Below are positions 10,539 through 20,700 of a DNA stretch of 36,134 nt, in pieces. Under the pieces are notes generated by a model. The model was not told the origin of the DNA and did not search any database. It worked only from the letters and a program-made list of their open reading frames with translations. This DNA comes from an uncultured bacterium (GTDB lineage: Bacteria; CSSED10-310; CAZUFC01), in contig CAZUFC010000091.1 of NCBI GenBank assembly GCA_964619725.1, positions 1 through 36,134 of the forward strand. The letters run 5' to 3'. The translations under genes and the position numbers were made by a program. Position 1 is the first letter of the stretch. Every line of letters begins with the position of its first letter.

Positions 10539-12092
10539 TTATACTCCCGCAAGTTTGAGAAGCAGCCGAACCGCCTGCCGGTGTGAAAGGAGATTTTGGC
10601 GTCGTCTTATGATTCGTGACGCTGCGATGCCGACCGCCCTTTCCATATTGATCCGGATACCTGAAAAATAAACGAAGTAAATCAGATTAAAAACGAGGAT
10701 CATGGATTTTCTGTGACGGTTTTTCACAAGCGTCCTGAGAAGCGCACCGGGAATAAACGGAGACATCCGCATAGCCCTATTCAACAGCGTCGGTTCGTAT
10801 TGTCCTGTTTCCCGTTTATAATAGTCCTTGTCCTCATCCGTCAGAAGTCCTTCTCGTTCAGCCCTTTTCCTCAGGGCCGTACCCCTGAAGAAAAAAAGAG
10901 AACGGATTTCCGCACGAAAAGGTTTTCGGAGATTCGAAAGGGTCATGACCGTTTCAGCGGTTTCATCTTGCGACTCAAAGGGATTATCGGTAATCACGTC
11001 ATATCTTCTGTCGAAAATATGTTCATGATATTTTTCCACCGTCCGTGCGGCCCTGATAAAACTTTGTTTTGTTACGTTACGGGTGAATACTTCCCGGTTG
11101 ATGCGATCACACCCGGATTGAAGGCCGATATGAATGCCGGCTAAACCTGCCTGGACCAGCAGACGCAACTTGTTTTCCTCCATGTCGCCGGGATGTGAAT
11201 AGCAGAACAGCGGCAATTCGACTCGTTCAGCGTATGATTCTGAAAATTCTTCCAGCCAGTTCTGCGAAGCCGACAGCAAGGAATCATCCATGAACATGAC
11301 GGCGTGAACAGCGCCGCTGAAGAGCCGTTTCACATCCGCCAGCTCTTCGATGATGCTGCCGACCGATTTTTGTCTTCTGGAAGGACCGGGACTGAGTTTC
11401 TGAAGAGCGGGCGTGCAGCAATAGGAACATGACCGGCTGCAGCCTCTCTGGGCCAGGACGAAATGAAACCCGATGCTGTAGGGTGCAGTTTTCAATGTTT
11501 CTTCAATCGTCATTCTCTGAACTTTTGAATCTTTAAGAATCCATTGAGTATCGGGATCGAAATCAGGCGCCGGCAATGCATCGATATCCCGCACTTTAGC
11601 GCTGCAACTCAGTTTATCACTGTCGGACGGACCGTCCGGATAAAAGCTGTCTGACGGGATAATGCCCGGTATATCGGCCGGAAAAGTTCTTCCGCCCTCC
11701 CATTCCTCCAGAAAATCGACCAGTGTTTCCTCTGCCTCGCCCCGGCATATCAAATCAGCTTCGCGCAAGCATTCCACGGGATTCAGCGTGGGATGACAGC
11801 CGCCCCATATTACCGGAGCATCCACGGTTTGACGGAAAAAACGGGTCAAATGAACAGTCTTGCTGTAATTGTTTTCCATCAGGCTTATTCCGACCAGATC
11901 AAACTGTCGCTCATTGATGAATCCGGCTGCCTTTTTCAATTCCTCCGGCGTTTCCAACTCATTGAACGGCCGGGGTATGAACAGCATGTCGCAATTATGA
12001 GACCGGCTTTTTATGACTGAAGAAAGTCCCCTGATGCCCAGACCGATTACGGTTTCATCCAGGCCGATCAGTAATATGCGCTTACTTTGCAT
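10539..12092 (-). CDS. B12-binding-domain radical SAM protein
   Basis: LGIRGLSS...IWGGCHPT...RGEAE, QRGCSRSCSYC, MDD, GLQSG. Closest paralogue in the window is 7791-9305. Confidence 0.92.
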   Translation of the reverse strand: MQSKRILLIGLDETVIGLGIRGLSSVIKSRSHNCDMLFIPRPFNELETPEELKKAAGFINERQFDLVGISLMENNYSKTVHLTRFFRQTVDAPVIWGGCHPTLNPVECLREADLICRGEAEETLVDFLEEWEGGRTFPADIPGIIPSDSFYPDGPSDSDKLSCSAKVRDIDALPAPDFDPDTQWILKDSKVQRMTIEETLKTAPYSIGFHFVLAQRGCSRSCSYCCTPALQKLSPGPSRRQKSVGSIIEELADVKRLFSGAVHAVMFMDDSLLSASQNWLEEFSESYAERVELPLFCYSHPGDMEENKLRLLVQAGLAGIHIGLQSGCDRINREVFTRNVTKQSFIRAARTVEKYHEHIFDRRYDVITDNPFESQDETAETVMTLSNLRKPFRAEIRSLFFFRGTALRKRAEREGLLTDEDKDYYKRETGQYEPTLLNRAMRMSPFIPGALLRTLVKNRHRKSMILVFNLIYFVYFSGIRINMERAVGIAASRIIRRRQNLLSHRQAVRLLLKLAGV

Positions 12093-12184
12093 ACTTGACT
12101 AGATACACTGAGGTGATCATGAGATCAAGTTATATTTTTTTGTCGAACTGGCTGTCGGAAGCCGCCGACTTTCATTACTTGTTT

Positions 12185-13684
12185 TTACTTCCATGAATAG
12201 AGTCTCCACCGGTTTAAGACGCGAACGCGGGTCAGAAGCGAAAACAAGCGCCATTCCGGGGCAAACCCGGAGGTTCCGTTCTGACTGTACAGCCTGTAAC
12301 GGGCAATTTTTTTCAGGACATTCATACCCGGTATTTTTCTGACTTTTTCGCTTTTGCTGAACAGGAGGGGAAGATACAGGAAGAACGCTCTTTTAACGTT
12401 TTTTTCTCTTTCGGGAGAAAGCCATTCCATTTTATCGTTTTTGACGTACATAGAGAACCGGTGCAGATTTTCCGGATCGGGCCTGCTTACGCCGTATGAG
12501 TAGGCTTTTTCGCCTGCGCTTGTTCCGGGAATGGGTGAGAACCTGTAGAAGACGAAGTTAGTTTGCGGCCAGGACCGGTTTATTTCATCCAGAAAACGAA
12601 TCGTGGTTTGAAATTGAGCTGCCGATTCATCCGGGGAACCAAACATGAAGTTAACATGCGGTGTAATGCCGGCTGCCGTCAACCCGGATAATTGTTTTTT
12701 GATCAAATCTTGCGGGGAGTCTTTACGCAGCTTCAAGTTCAGTCCTTCGGCAGCCGTTTCGCCGCCTGTTTCAACGTCCCGCAGTCCCGCGGCGAAGAAT
12801 CTTTTCCACTCTTGCGGACGGAAGCGATCCAGGTGCCTGACGTGTCCAGCGGCCCGCCAGTTCATTTTGACGGGGCGTTTTTCTAATTCTTCTGCAAATG
12901 AGCGGACCCGGGCCGGATCGACGAAAAAGTCCATGTCTGTGAATCTGACCGTTTTAACGCCGAATTGAGCGGCCAGGATTTCCGTTTCATCAGCGATTCG
13001 CTTTGCAGGCAAGCCGGTCCACTGTCCCGGATAGACCGCCTGAATAGCGCAAAAATTACAGGGACGGGGACAGCCGCGACTGGAAAGATAGTTGATTTCC
13101 TTTTCTGGTCCGAGGTATTGACTGAGGTTTATAGCGCTGTAAGGCATTGGCGGAGTTTCCGATATGTCTGGAAAATTCTTCGCTTTGGGTTGTCGAATTC
13201 TATTTCCGTTTTTACTCCACAGGTTCGGAATTACTGTAATACGGCTTTCGGAAGGCTGATCGCCCTCAGTTTGAGCTAACAATTTCGCGAGTTGCAGCAC
13301 GCTCCTTTCACCGGCGCCGGAGATTACGTAATCGATGTTTTTATGCATAACGCACGTTTCCGGCAGAACGGAAGGAAACCAACCCCCTAAAACGATGGGA
13401 ATGTCCTGTTTACGATTTTTTATTGCTGATGCTAATTCAAGAGCCTTCCGGACCTGTCGTCCCGGTCTGCATGAAATGCCCGCCAGCAGAGCATCCTGCG
13501 CCTCATTCAATGCTTTTGCGAAAGCTTTTTTCCCTTCAATTCTCTCGTCTATAATCTTGACGTCGAATCCTGCGGGTTCCAGGACGGCATGCAGGGACAG
13601 CAGTTCCAGCGGCGGGTATACCGGATTCTGAAAAGGAAAAAGCATGGGAAAATATAAAACGATCTTTTTTTTCGCCAACTTCAT
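12185..13684 (-). CDS. B12-binding-domain radical SAM protein
   Basis: PPLELLSL...IIDER...VLGGWFPS, SSRGCPRPCNFC, GGET. Start at ATG 13684, 4 bp after the upstream stop. Confidence 0.92.
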   Translation of the reverse strand: MKLAKKKIVLYFPMLFPFQNPVYPPLELLSLHAVLEPAGFDVKIIDERIEGKKAFAKALNEAQDALLAGISCRPGRQVRKALELASAIKNRKQDIPIVLGGWFPSVLPETCVMHKNIDYVISGAGERSVLQLAKLLAQTEGDQPSESRITVIPNLWSKNGNRIRQPKAKNFPDISETPPMPYSAINLSQYLGPEKEINYLSSRGCPRPCNFCAIQAVYPGQWTGLPAKRIADETEILAAQFGVKTVRFTDMDFFVDPARVRSFAEELEKRPVKMNWRAAGHVRHLDRFRPQEWKRFFAAGLRDVETGGETAAEGLNLKLRKDSPQDLIKKQLSGLTAAGITPHVNFMFGSPDESAAQFQTTIRFLDEINRSWPQTNFVFYRFSPIPGTSAGEKAYSYGVSRPDPENLHRFSMYVKNDKMEWLSPEREKNVKRAFFLYLPLLFSKSEKVRKIPGMNVLKKIARYRLYSQNGTSGFAPEWRLFSLLTRVRVLNRWRLYSWK

Positions 13685-13688
13685 TGCA

Positions 13689-15155
13689 TCAGCGCCAGGC
13701 GTAAAGGCGTCCTTCGGCCAGAAGTCCGGCCTTGACGAATAACCAGTATATCCACCATTCAAAGGGAAAAGCGAGTATACCCATCCGCAGCCTGATATGT
13801 GCCGATTTTTTTAGAAATTTGAGAATCCTGGTTTTAAGACTCGAATCATCTGAATCCGGGGTCCAGAAAGCCAGGGGAAAATAGAAATAAAAGGCTCGTT
13901 TAATGCGTCTTTCATGAAATGAGGAGAGCCAGGGCATAATGGGCAAATCGACGTAATACTTGAATTGAGGCAGTTCCGAACCTTTTTCCGGTATTCGCAT
14001 ACCTGTTTTGAGCGCTTTTTCGCCCAGGGTTGACGTCGGTATGGGTGAAAAGCGGAAGAACAGGTAGTGCATATCAGGTTTTAATTTCTGAATTTTAGCG
14101 GCTATTTTAAAGGTGTTGTAGAAATCGCGACGGCTTTCGCCGGGCGGTCCCAGCATCCAGTTCATGCTTCCGCCTATGCCGTGTTTGTTCAGTATGCGGG
14201 TGAATTCGACCAGGTCACCGGGATGAATGCCTTTCTGGTACATTTCGAGAACAGAATCCGATCCCGATTCCGCGCCTACTTCGATGCAATAGCAGCCGGC
14301 GCGACGCAGGAGGTCGTAAAATTCGTCATTCTGCTCGATCATGGTCGCCACTCTTCCTAACGCCCACCATTTAAAATCGATATTTCGCCGGAGTATCTCC
14401 TCGCAGAATGAAATGGCCCGGTCTATGTCGGCAAAGAAATCCGTGTCCGTGAAGTGAATACGCTTAACATCGTAATCGGTTACAAGACGAGAGATTTCAT
14501 CCAGCATGCGTTCCGGAGCCAGTCCGGTCCATTCTTCTTTATAGATGCATTTAACTGCGCAGAATTCGCAGGAACCAGGACAACCGCGGCTTGAAATATA
14601 GTTGATTTCACGTTCCCGGGTCAGATGTTTTTCCACGGGAATCAGATCATATGGCATGGGAAAAGTATCATTGATATCTTCCAGCTTTCGCCATTCCGCC
14701 TGCCTGATTTTTCCCTTCTCTTTCCACAGGAGTCCCTTGACGTCGTTGAATTCCCGTTCGCCGGCCATGGCTTCGAGCAATTCAAGTATGGCCCTGTCGC
14801 CGTTTCCCCTGATGACGTAATCCACAGCCGGATGATCGACCATCAGCTCGCCCCGTATGCTCCCGTACCATCCGCCGATGACTACTGAGCAATCCGGGTT
14901 GACCCTTTTGACCAGTTCTGCTGCCCTGAGGCCTCGTTCAACCTGGTTCCCCGGTCTGATCGATATGCCGAAAAGTCCTGCCTCTTTTGCCGCTGCGCAT
15001 ACCGCATCGTCAGGCCGCTCAGACAGCCTGTCGTCAAGAATGGCAAAATCATCTCCATGACCTTTTAAAGATGCAGCTATCGACATTATGGACAGCGGAG
15101 CCCACAAAGGGTATTGATTCTCGATTAATGTCGGAAAAAATAATACTGTTTTCAT
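13689..15155 (-). CDS. B12-binding-domain radical SAM protein
   Basis: APLSIMSIA...VIGGWY, SSRGCPGSCEFC, GAESG. Closest paralogue in the window is 12185-13684. Confidence 0.92.
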   Translation of the reverse strand: MKTVLFFPTLIENQYPLWAPLSIMSIAASLKGHGDDFAILDDRLSERPDDAVCAAAKEAGLFGISIRPGNQVERGLRAAELVKRVNPDCSVVIGGWYGSIRGELMVDHPAVDYVIRGNGDRAILELLEAMAGEREFNDVKGLLWKEKGKIRQAEWRKLEDINDTFPMPYDLIPVEKHLTREREINYISSRGCPGSCEFCAVKCIYKEEWTGLAPERMLDEISRLVTDYDVKRIHFTDTDFFADIDRAISFCEEILRRNIDFKWWALGRVATMIEQNDEFYDLLRRAGCYCIEVGAESGSDSVLEMYQKGIHPGDLVEFTRILNKHGIGGSMNWMLGPPGESRRDFYNTFKIAAKIQKLKPDMHYLFFRFSPIPTSTLGEKALKTGMRIPEKGSELPQFKYYVDLPIMPWLSSFHERRIKRAFYFYFPLAFWTPDSDDSSLKTRILKFLKKSAHIRLRMGILAFPFEWWIYWLFVKAGLLAEGRLYAWR

Positions 15156-15321
15156 GTCTGTATTTTTTGTTTCTTTGGAAAAGATTAGTCCCTCAAAAAA
15201 GCATCAGCATTTTTTATGAACGTTCCGAATAACCCAATCAACATTTCCTCTTCATCTCCAAGGGTAAAAACCGCGATTAATGTTAAAAACGATCCGTAGT
15301 AATGTCAATCTTGTTTCTTGA

Positions 15322-15519
15322 ATTAAAGGCGATCAACGGACTATTACGCCAGAATATCCATATTGCGATACCGGCAATCCGACAGATTCTCCCGCGGCAA
15401 CCCATATCGGTTCGCCTACTCCAGCGCCGACAATAACATCAACTTTCACCCCGACATTGACCATGACGCCGACCCCTGCGCTTTCCTCGGCGATAGGGCC
15501 GACTTCGGCATTATGGTGA
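15322..15519 (+). pseudogene. Remnant of a Pro/Thr/Ser-rich linker protein
   Basis: Stop-to-stop frame reads ...YPYCDTGNPTDSPAATHIGSPTPAPTITSTFTPTLTMTPTPA..., the same repeat style as 17748-21875, with no start codon at its 5' end. Confidence 0.5.
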
Positions 15520-15548
15520 AAAGAAGCGGATGCTTGCCGGAAAATCGT

Positions 15549-17564
15549 TTACTTTGCCGGCAGTCTTTCCGCAACGGCGACTACCCGTTCCGGCGTGATG
15601 TCGAATTCCTCATAGAGCCTTTTATAAGGAGCGCTGGCGCCGAAATGATCCAGTCCGATGCTCGCTCCTTTCAACCCCACATAATGCTCCCAACCTGTCG
15701 TGATGCCGGCTTCAACTGATATCCTCATTTCCATGTCCGGCGGCAGTATTTTATCCCGGTATTTCCGGGTTTGCCGGTCGAATATTTCCCAGGAAGGCAT
15801 GGAAATTGTTCTGACGTTGATTCCTTTTTGGGATAGCTTTTGCGCTGCCTGGACAGCGGTATGAAGTTCCGATCCGGTTCCGATAAGTATGATATCCGGA
15901 TCGGAATCCTCGTCCGTTTGACTGACGATGTATGCTCCCCGGTGCAGGTTTTCTTGCACTCTGCCGTTAGCGGTTTGAATCAGGGGGAGTTTCTGTCTGC
16001 TGAGAACAAGCGCCGTAGGCCCCGTTGAATTTTTAACCGCTGCTTTCCAGGCTTCTGCAGTTTCAAATGCATCCGCAGGGCGAATAACGGTGAGATTGGG
16101 AACGGAGCGGAGGCTCATCAGGTGTTCAACGGGTTGGTGGGTCGGGCCGTCTTCTCCCAGTCCTATGCTGTCGTGAGTAAAAACGTATATGACCTGCTGT
16201 TTCATCATGGCGGCCAATCTCATTGCCGGTCGCATGTAATCGGAAAAGGTTAAGAATGTAGCGACATAGGGTATGCACCCTCCGTGAAGCGCTGCTCCAT
16301 TCGCTATCGCTGCCATAGCATGTTCTCTGACCCCAAAATGGACATTGTTCGCCCTTTCCTGGTCGCTGCCGAAATGGCCGTAATTTTTTAAAACAGTCTT
16401 GTTGCTAGGTCCCAGGTCGGCAGAACCTCCTATCAGATTTTCTATTTTACCCGCAAGCCTGTTCAACGTTATTCCCGAAGCGCTGCGAGTCGCTACAGGA
16501 CCGTCAAATTCTTTGCTGATGTCCGACAGACTGCTTTCCCAATCACCGGGAAACGTCTTCTTGATATAGCTCTCTAATTTGTGGGCCCTGTTTGGACGCC
16601 GGCGGGAGTAACTTTCAAAAAGCTCTTCCCATTCGTTTCGTTGTTTTTGCCCCCGTTCCAGGACTTTTCTCATATGCGAATAAACCTCATCCGGCACGTA
16701 AAAATGTTTATCCTCAGGCCAGCCGAGTTCTCTTTTGGCAGCAGCTACATTTTTTGTTCCCAGCGGCGCGCCGTGCACTTTGGCCGTATTCTGGTCCGGA
16801 CTGCCGTATCCGATGATGGTGCGACAGATGATTAATGATGGTTTATGCTGCTCCTGCTGAGCCGCACGGATCGCCTGTTGAATTTCACGGATAGAGAATC
16901 CGTCGACAGGTTCTATCACTTGCCATCCGTATGCGTCGAAACGTTTGGCGACATCTTCGGTAAAAACAGTGTCGGTGGGGCCTTCTATCTGCATATCATT
17001 ATCGTCGTAAAGGCAGATCAGTTTACCCAGTTTCCACGTTCCGGCAAGACTCGCCGCTTCTGCAGATATGCCTTCCTGGAGGTCCCCGTCAGATGCCAGG
17101 GCATAAGTGTAATGATCGATGATTTTCATCTCGTCGTCATTGAAATTATCCGAAAGCCATTTTTCGACTAAAGACATTCCCAAGGCCATGGAGAAGCCCT
17201 GACCAAGCGGTCCGGTCGTGGCTTCCACTCCCGCCGTCAATCCGTATTCCGGATGGCCGGGCGTTTTGCTGTTCCATTGACGGAAATTCTTGACCTCTTC
17301 AAGCGGAAGATTATAACCGGTCAAATGCAGCATGGAATAAAGCAGCGCCGAAGCATGCCCAGGCGACAGAATAAATCGGTCACGGTTAAACCAGTCCGGA
17401 GTCCCCGGATCATGTCTCAAAAACCGGTTCCAAAGAGTATAAATAACGGCTGCAGCGCCCAGAGGCGTACCCGGATGACCTGATTCCGCCTTCTGTACCG
17501 CGTCGACGGCCAGAAATCTGATCGTATTAATGCATAATTGATCTAAATCTGTGTTTTCACTCAT
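15549..17564 (-). CDS. tkt: Transketolase
   Basis: SGHPG, NRDRFILSPGHAS, TPGHPE, TTGPLGQG, SDGDLQEG (ThDP motif), GVREHAM, THDSIGLGEDGPTHQP. ATG 17564 is preceded by GAAGGGA. Confidence 0.98.
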   Translation of the reverse strand: MSENTDLDQLCINTIRFLAVDAVQKAESGHPGTPLGAAAVIYTLWNRFLRHDPGTPDWFNRDRFILSPGHASALLYSMLHLTGYNLPLEEVKNFRQWNSKTPGHPEYGLTAGVEATTGPLGQGFSMALGMSLVEKWLSDNFNDDEMKIIDHYTYALASDGDLQEGISAEAASLAGTWKLGKLICLYDDNDMQIEGPTDTVFTEDVAKRFDAYGWQVIEPVDGFSIREIQQAIRAAQQEQHKPSLIICRTIIGYGSPDQNTAKVHGAPLGTKNVAAAKRELGWPEDKHFYVPDEVYSHMRKVLERGQKQRNEWEELFESYSRRRPNRAHKLESYIKKTFPGDWESSLSDISKEFDGPVATRSASGITLNRLAGKIENLIGGSADLGPSNKTVLKNYGHFGSDQERANNVHFGVREHAMAAIANGAALHGGCIPYVATFLTFSDYMRPAMRLAAMMKQQVIYVFTHDSIGLGEDGPTHQPVEHLMSLRSVPNLTVIRPADAFETAEAWKAAVKNSTGPTALVLSRQKLPLIQTANGRVQENLHRGAYIVSQTDEDSDPDIILIGTGSELHTAVQAAQKLSQKGINVRTISMPSWEIFDRQTRKYRDKILPPDMEMRISVEAGITTGWEHYVGLKGASIGLDHFGASAPYKRLYEEFDITPERVVAVAERLPAK

Positions 17565-17747
17565 TTGTATTCCCTTCTGCCTGATCTTCAACACAATAAA
17601 AATTCAACGCGCTCTTTTTTTTATATTAATCGATGAAAAATTGCAATTGGCATGAGGGGATTATTTCTTCGCCGGCCAAATTGCATTGAGTCCGATAATA
17701 AGTTAACATGGCATGAGAGTAGTGATTGTAACCGGAGGAGGGAAACA

Positions 17748-20700
17748 ATGAGTCGATCATTTGGCAAATTAAATATTGTTATATCAATTTTCTTTGTGTT
17801 TTCATGTTTATGGACGGTGACTTCAGGAGCGCTGGAAGTTTTAACGCCGGTTCAGTTGACTTCAGGCGGCACGACCGAGGACAAGCCGCAATCGAAGTGC
17901 TGGCATCACGGCGGAACCTGGTGGTGCGTTCTGCCTTTGTCCGGCGGCAGTTATATATTGCGGTTGGACGGAGATGCGTGGACGCCGGCATTGCAGTTAA
18001 GTACGACGAGTTATTCAAAATGCGACTGCCTGGCAACGGGAGACCTGGTTCACGTACTTTTATTCGCCGGGTCGTCGTCGAAGCTGGCATCGGCCGAGTA
18101 TGTACCGGGTAGTCCGGGGACTTATCAGTTGTGGAGCGGGAGACCCGCGTTGTCCGACGTTTCTCTGGGGGATGAAAGTTGTTGCCTGGCGTTGGATTCC
18201 ACGGGGCGATTGTGGGCGGCTTATGATACGAGCAGCGCCATAGAGGTGAAATGGAGCGACACTCCCTATTCATCATGGTCATCGGCCATTCAGATTCAAA
18301 CGGGAGTTTCCAGTGATGATCTGTGTGCCGTCGCATCCTTTCCCGACGACAAAATCGGGATCATGTGGTCTGACCAGGCGCGAGACGAGTTCGGATTCAG
18401 AATGCATAACGACGCTGATCCTCCGGGAACCTGGTCGGTCAAGGAGGACCCGACCACGCAGACGAATGAGGCGGACGATCATATCAATTTGGCGGTCGAA
18501 AGCGACGGCGACATGTATGCGGTGGTGAAGACCAGTTTCGATACCGCCGGACGGATCGTGATAGGATGTTACAAAAGGTCTGCAGACGGCACGTGGAGTC
18601 CTCTTTATGACGTATCCTATGCCGGAACTCGGGGAATAGCCGTATTGGATGAAGCCGGAGGCAAACTTTTCGGTATTTATACGAATAACGGCATTAAATA
18701 CAGAATTTCCGACATTGATGACATCAATTTCGGGCCTGAACAGAGTTTGTCTATCAGCGGCAACAATGCTCAGAGCACGAAACAGAATGTGGGAGCAATA
18801 GGAGAATTCGTTACGTTGTCATCTGCCTCGTCTTACGCTTACTCATCAATATTAACGTTAAATTCGACGCCTACGGCTACGACGATTCCCACTCCCGGAC
18901 CTACTGGGCTGCCTACTAATACGCCTATACCGGGATCGTCGCCGCCTTATCACTGTTGCCTGGAATTCATCGGTCAGAAGTCCTGCACGGTTCCGGGTCA
19001 CAACGATTTCGGACTGGAAGAGTTTACTTTAACCGCCTGGATATATCCCACAGATACGACGGGAACGAGAGCCGCATTGGCGCACGGCGAGTCTTTCGAT
19101 ACAGACAAAATGAATTATCTTCTGGCGGTTCAGAACGGTCAGGCTTATTTCTGGTATGAATTGGACAATGACGATGACTACAGCCTTCTGGGCGGTTCAA
19201 TTGCGGCGGATGACTGGTCTTTTCTGGCAGCGACCAGGGATGATGCCGGCAATGCGGCGCTGTATGTGAACGGGAGTCCGGTAGACAGCGGTACGGGTTT
19301 TCCGGCGCCGGCGACCATACCCTGGCATATTGTAACGATAGGATCAAGAACCAACAGTCCCAGTACATATCAGGACTGGTTTCAGGGATACATTGAAGCG
19401 CCGTCGATTTACAACCGGGCGCTTTCATCAACTGAAATCGCCGCTCTCTATGCCGGCGGGGAGGTCTCCCCGGATGCTTCGACCATGGGTATGTGGCGGT
19501 TTAATGAAACTTCAGGACAGGCTATCGTCGATCAAAGCGCAGGCGGTCATAACGGATACCTAGGCAAAGAATCCAGCAGCGACTCGTTCGATCCCGCCAG
19601 ATATTGCCTGACGAGCCCGACGCCTACATCGCCGCCGACATTGACGCCTACATTGACTCCGACCAATACGGAGACGCTTACTCCGACCGCCACCCTATCC
19701 CCAACCTGGTCGCCTACATTATCGCCGACTGAAACCCCGACGGATACGCCGACGCCTCTGCCGACCGCTACGCCTCTGGAACCGGCAGACGCTCCCTTCA
19801 CCTGCTGGCTGGAGTTTAACGGCGCTCAATGCTGCACAATACCGGCGAGCGACGATTTCGGGCTTGAAGCATTTACGTTGTCGGCCTGGTTTTACCCAAC
19901 GAGCGTGGATGGGCCGAGAGCTTTAGTGGTGCACGGCGAGTCTTTCGATACCGATAAATGGAATTATTACCTGGCGGTTCATACAGGAGAGGCTTATTTC
20001 TGGTATGAAGTCGCCAATGACGACGATTACACGCTGCAGGGCGGGACCATCACTCCGAACGACTGGTACTTCATGGCAGCGACGCGTGATTCCGCAGGAA
20101 ACGTCGCGCTTTATCTTAACGGCGCCCTTATTGACTCGGCTTCAGGATATCCCGCGCCTGAAACCATTCCCTGGCATTTCGTCAATATAGGCGTTCGGAC
20201 GAATGAGCCCGATGTTTACCAGGACTGGTACGAAGGGTACATCGATGCCGTGTCCATATATGACCGGGCGCTTTCGTCGACGGAAATAGCGAATATTTAT
20301 ATGACGGGAGAAATCGGGCCGGATACTTCAACCATGGGCATGTGGCGCTTTAACGAAGGTTCAGGACAGACGATAATTGACCAGAGCAGCAGAGGAAACG
20401 ACGGTTACCTGGGCAAAACAGCGAATCCCGAAACTTTCGATCCCATACGTCATTGCGACTACTTTACGCCCACGCCAATGCCGACCTCAACGCCGACCGC
20501 GACGCCGGGACCGCCTTTCGTCTGCTCGCTGGAGTTTTCCGGGCAGAAATGCTGCGTTGTTCCCGCTCATGACGATTTCGGCCTGGATGTATTCACTATA
20601 ACCGGCTGGGCATATCCCACGAATACAACCGGAACCAGGGCCGTCGTCGCCAACGGCGAATCCTTCGATACGGATAAAATGAACTATCTGCTGGCCGTTC

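Noticed and set aside
15363-15719. 118-aa plus-strand ORF
   Set aside because: Overlaps the tkt 3' end antisense; the informative frame is the PT-rich one at 15322-15519.
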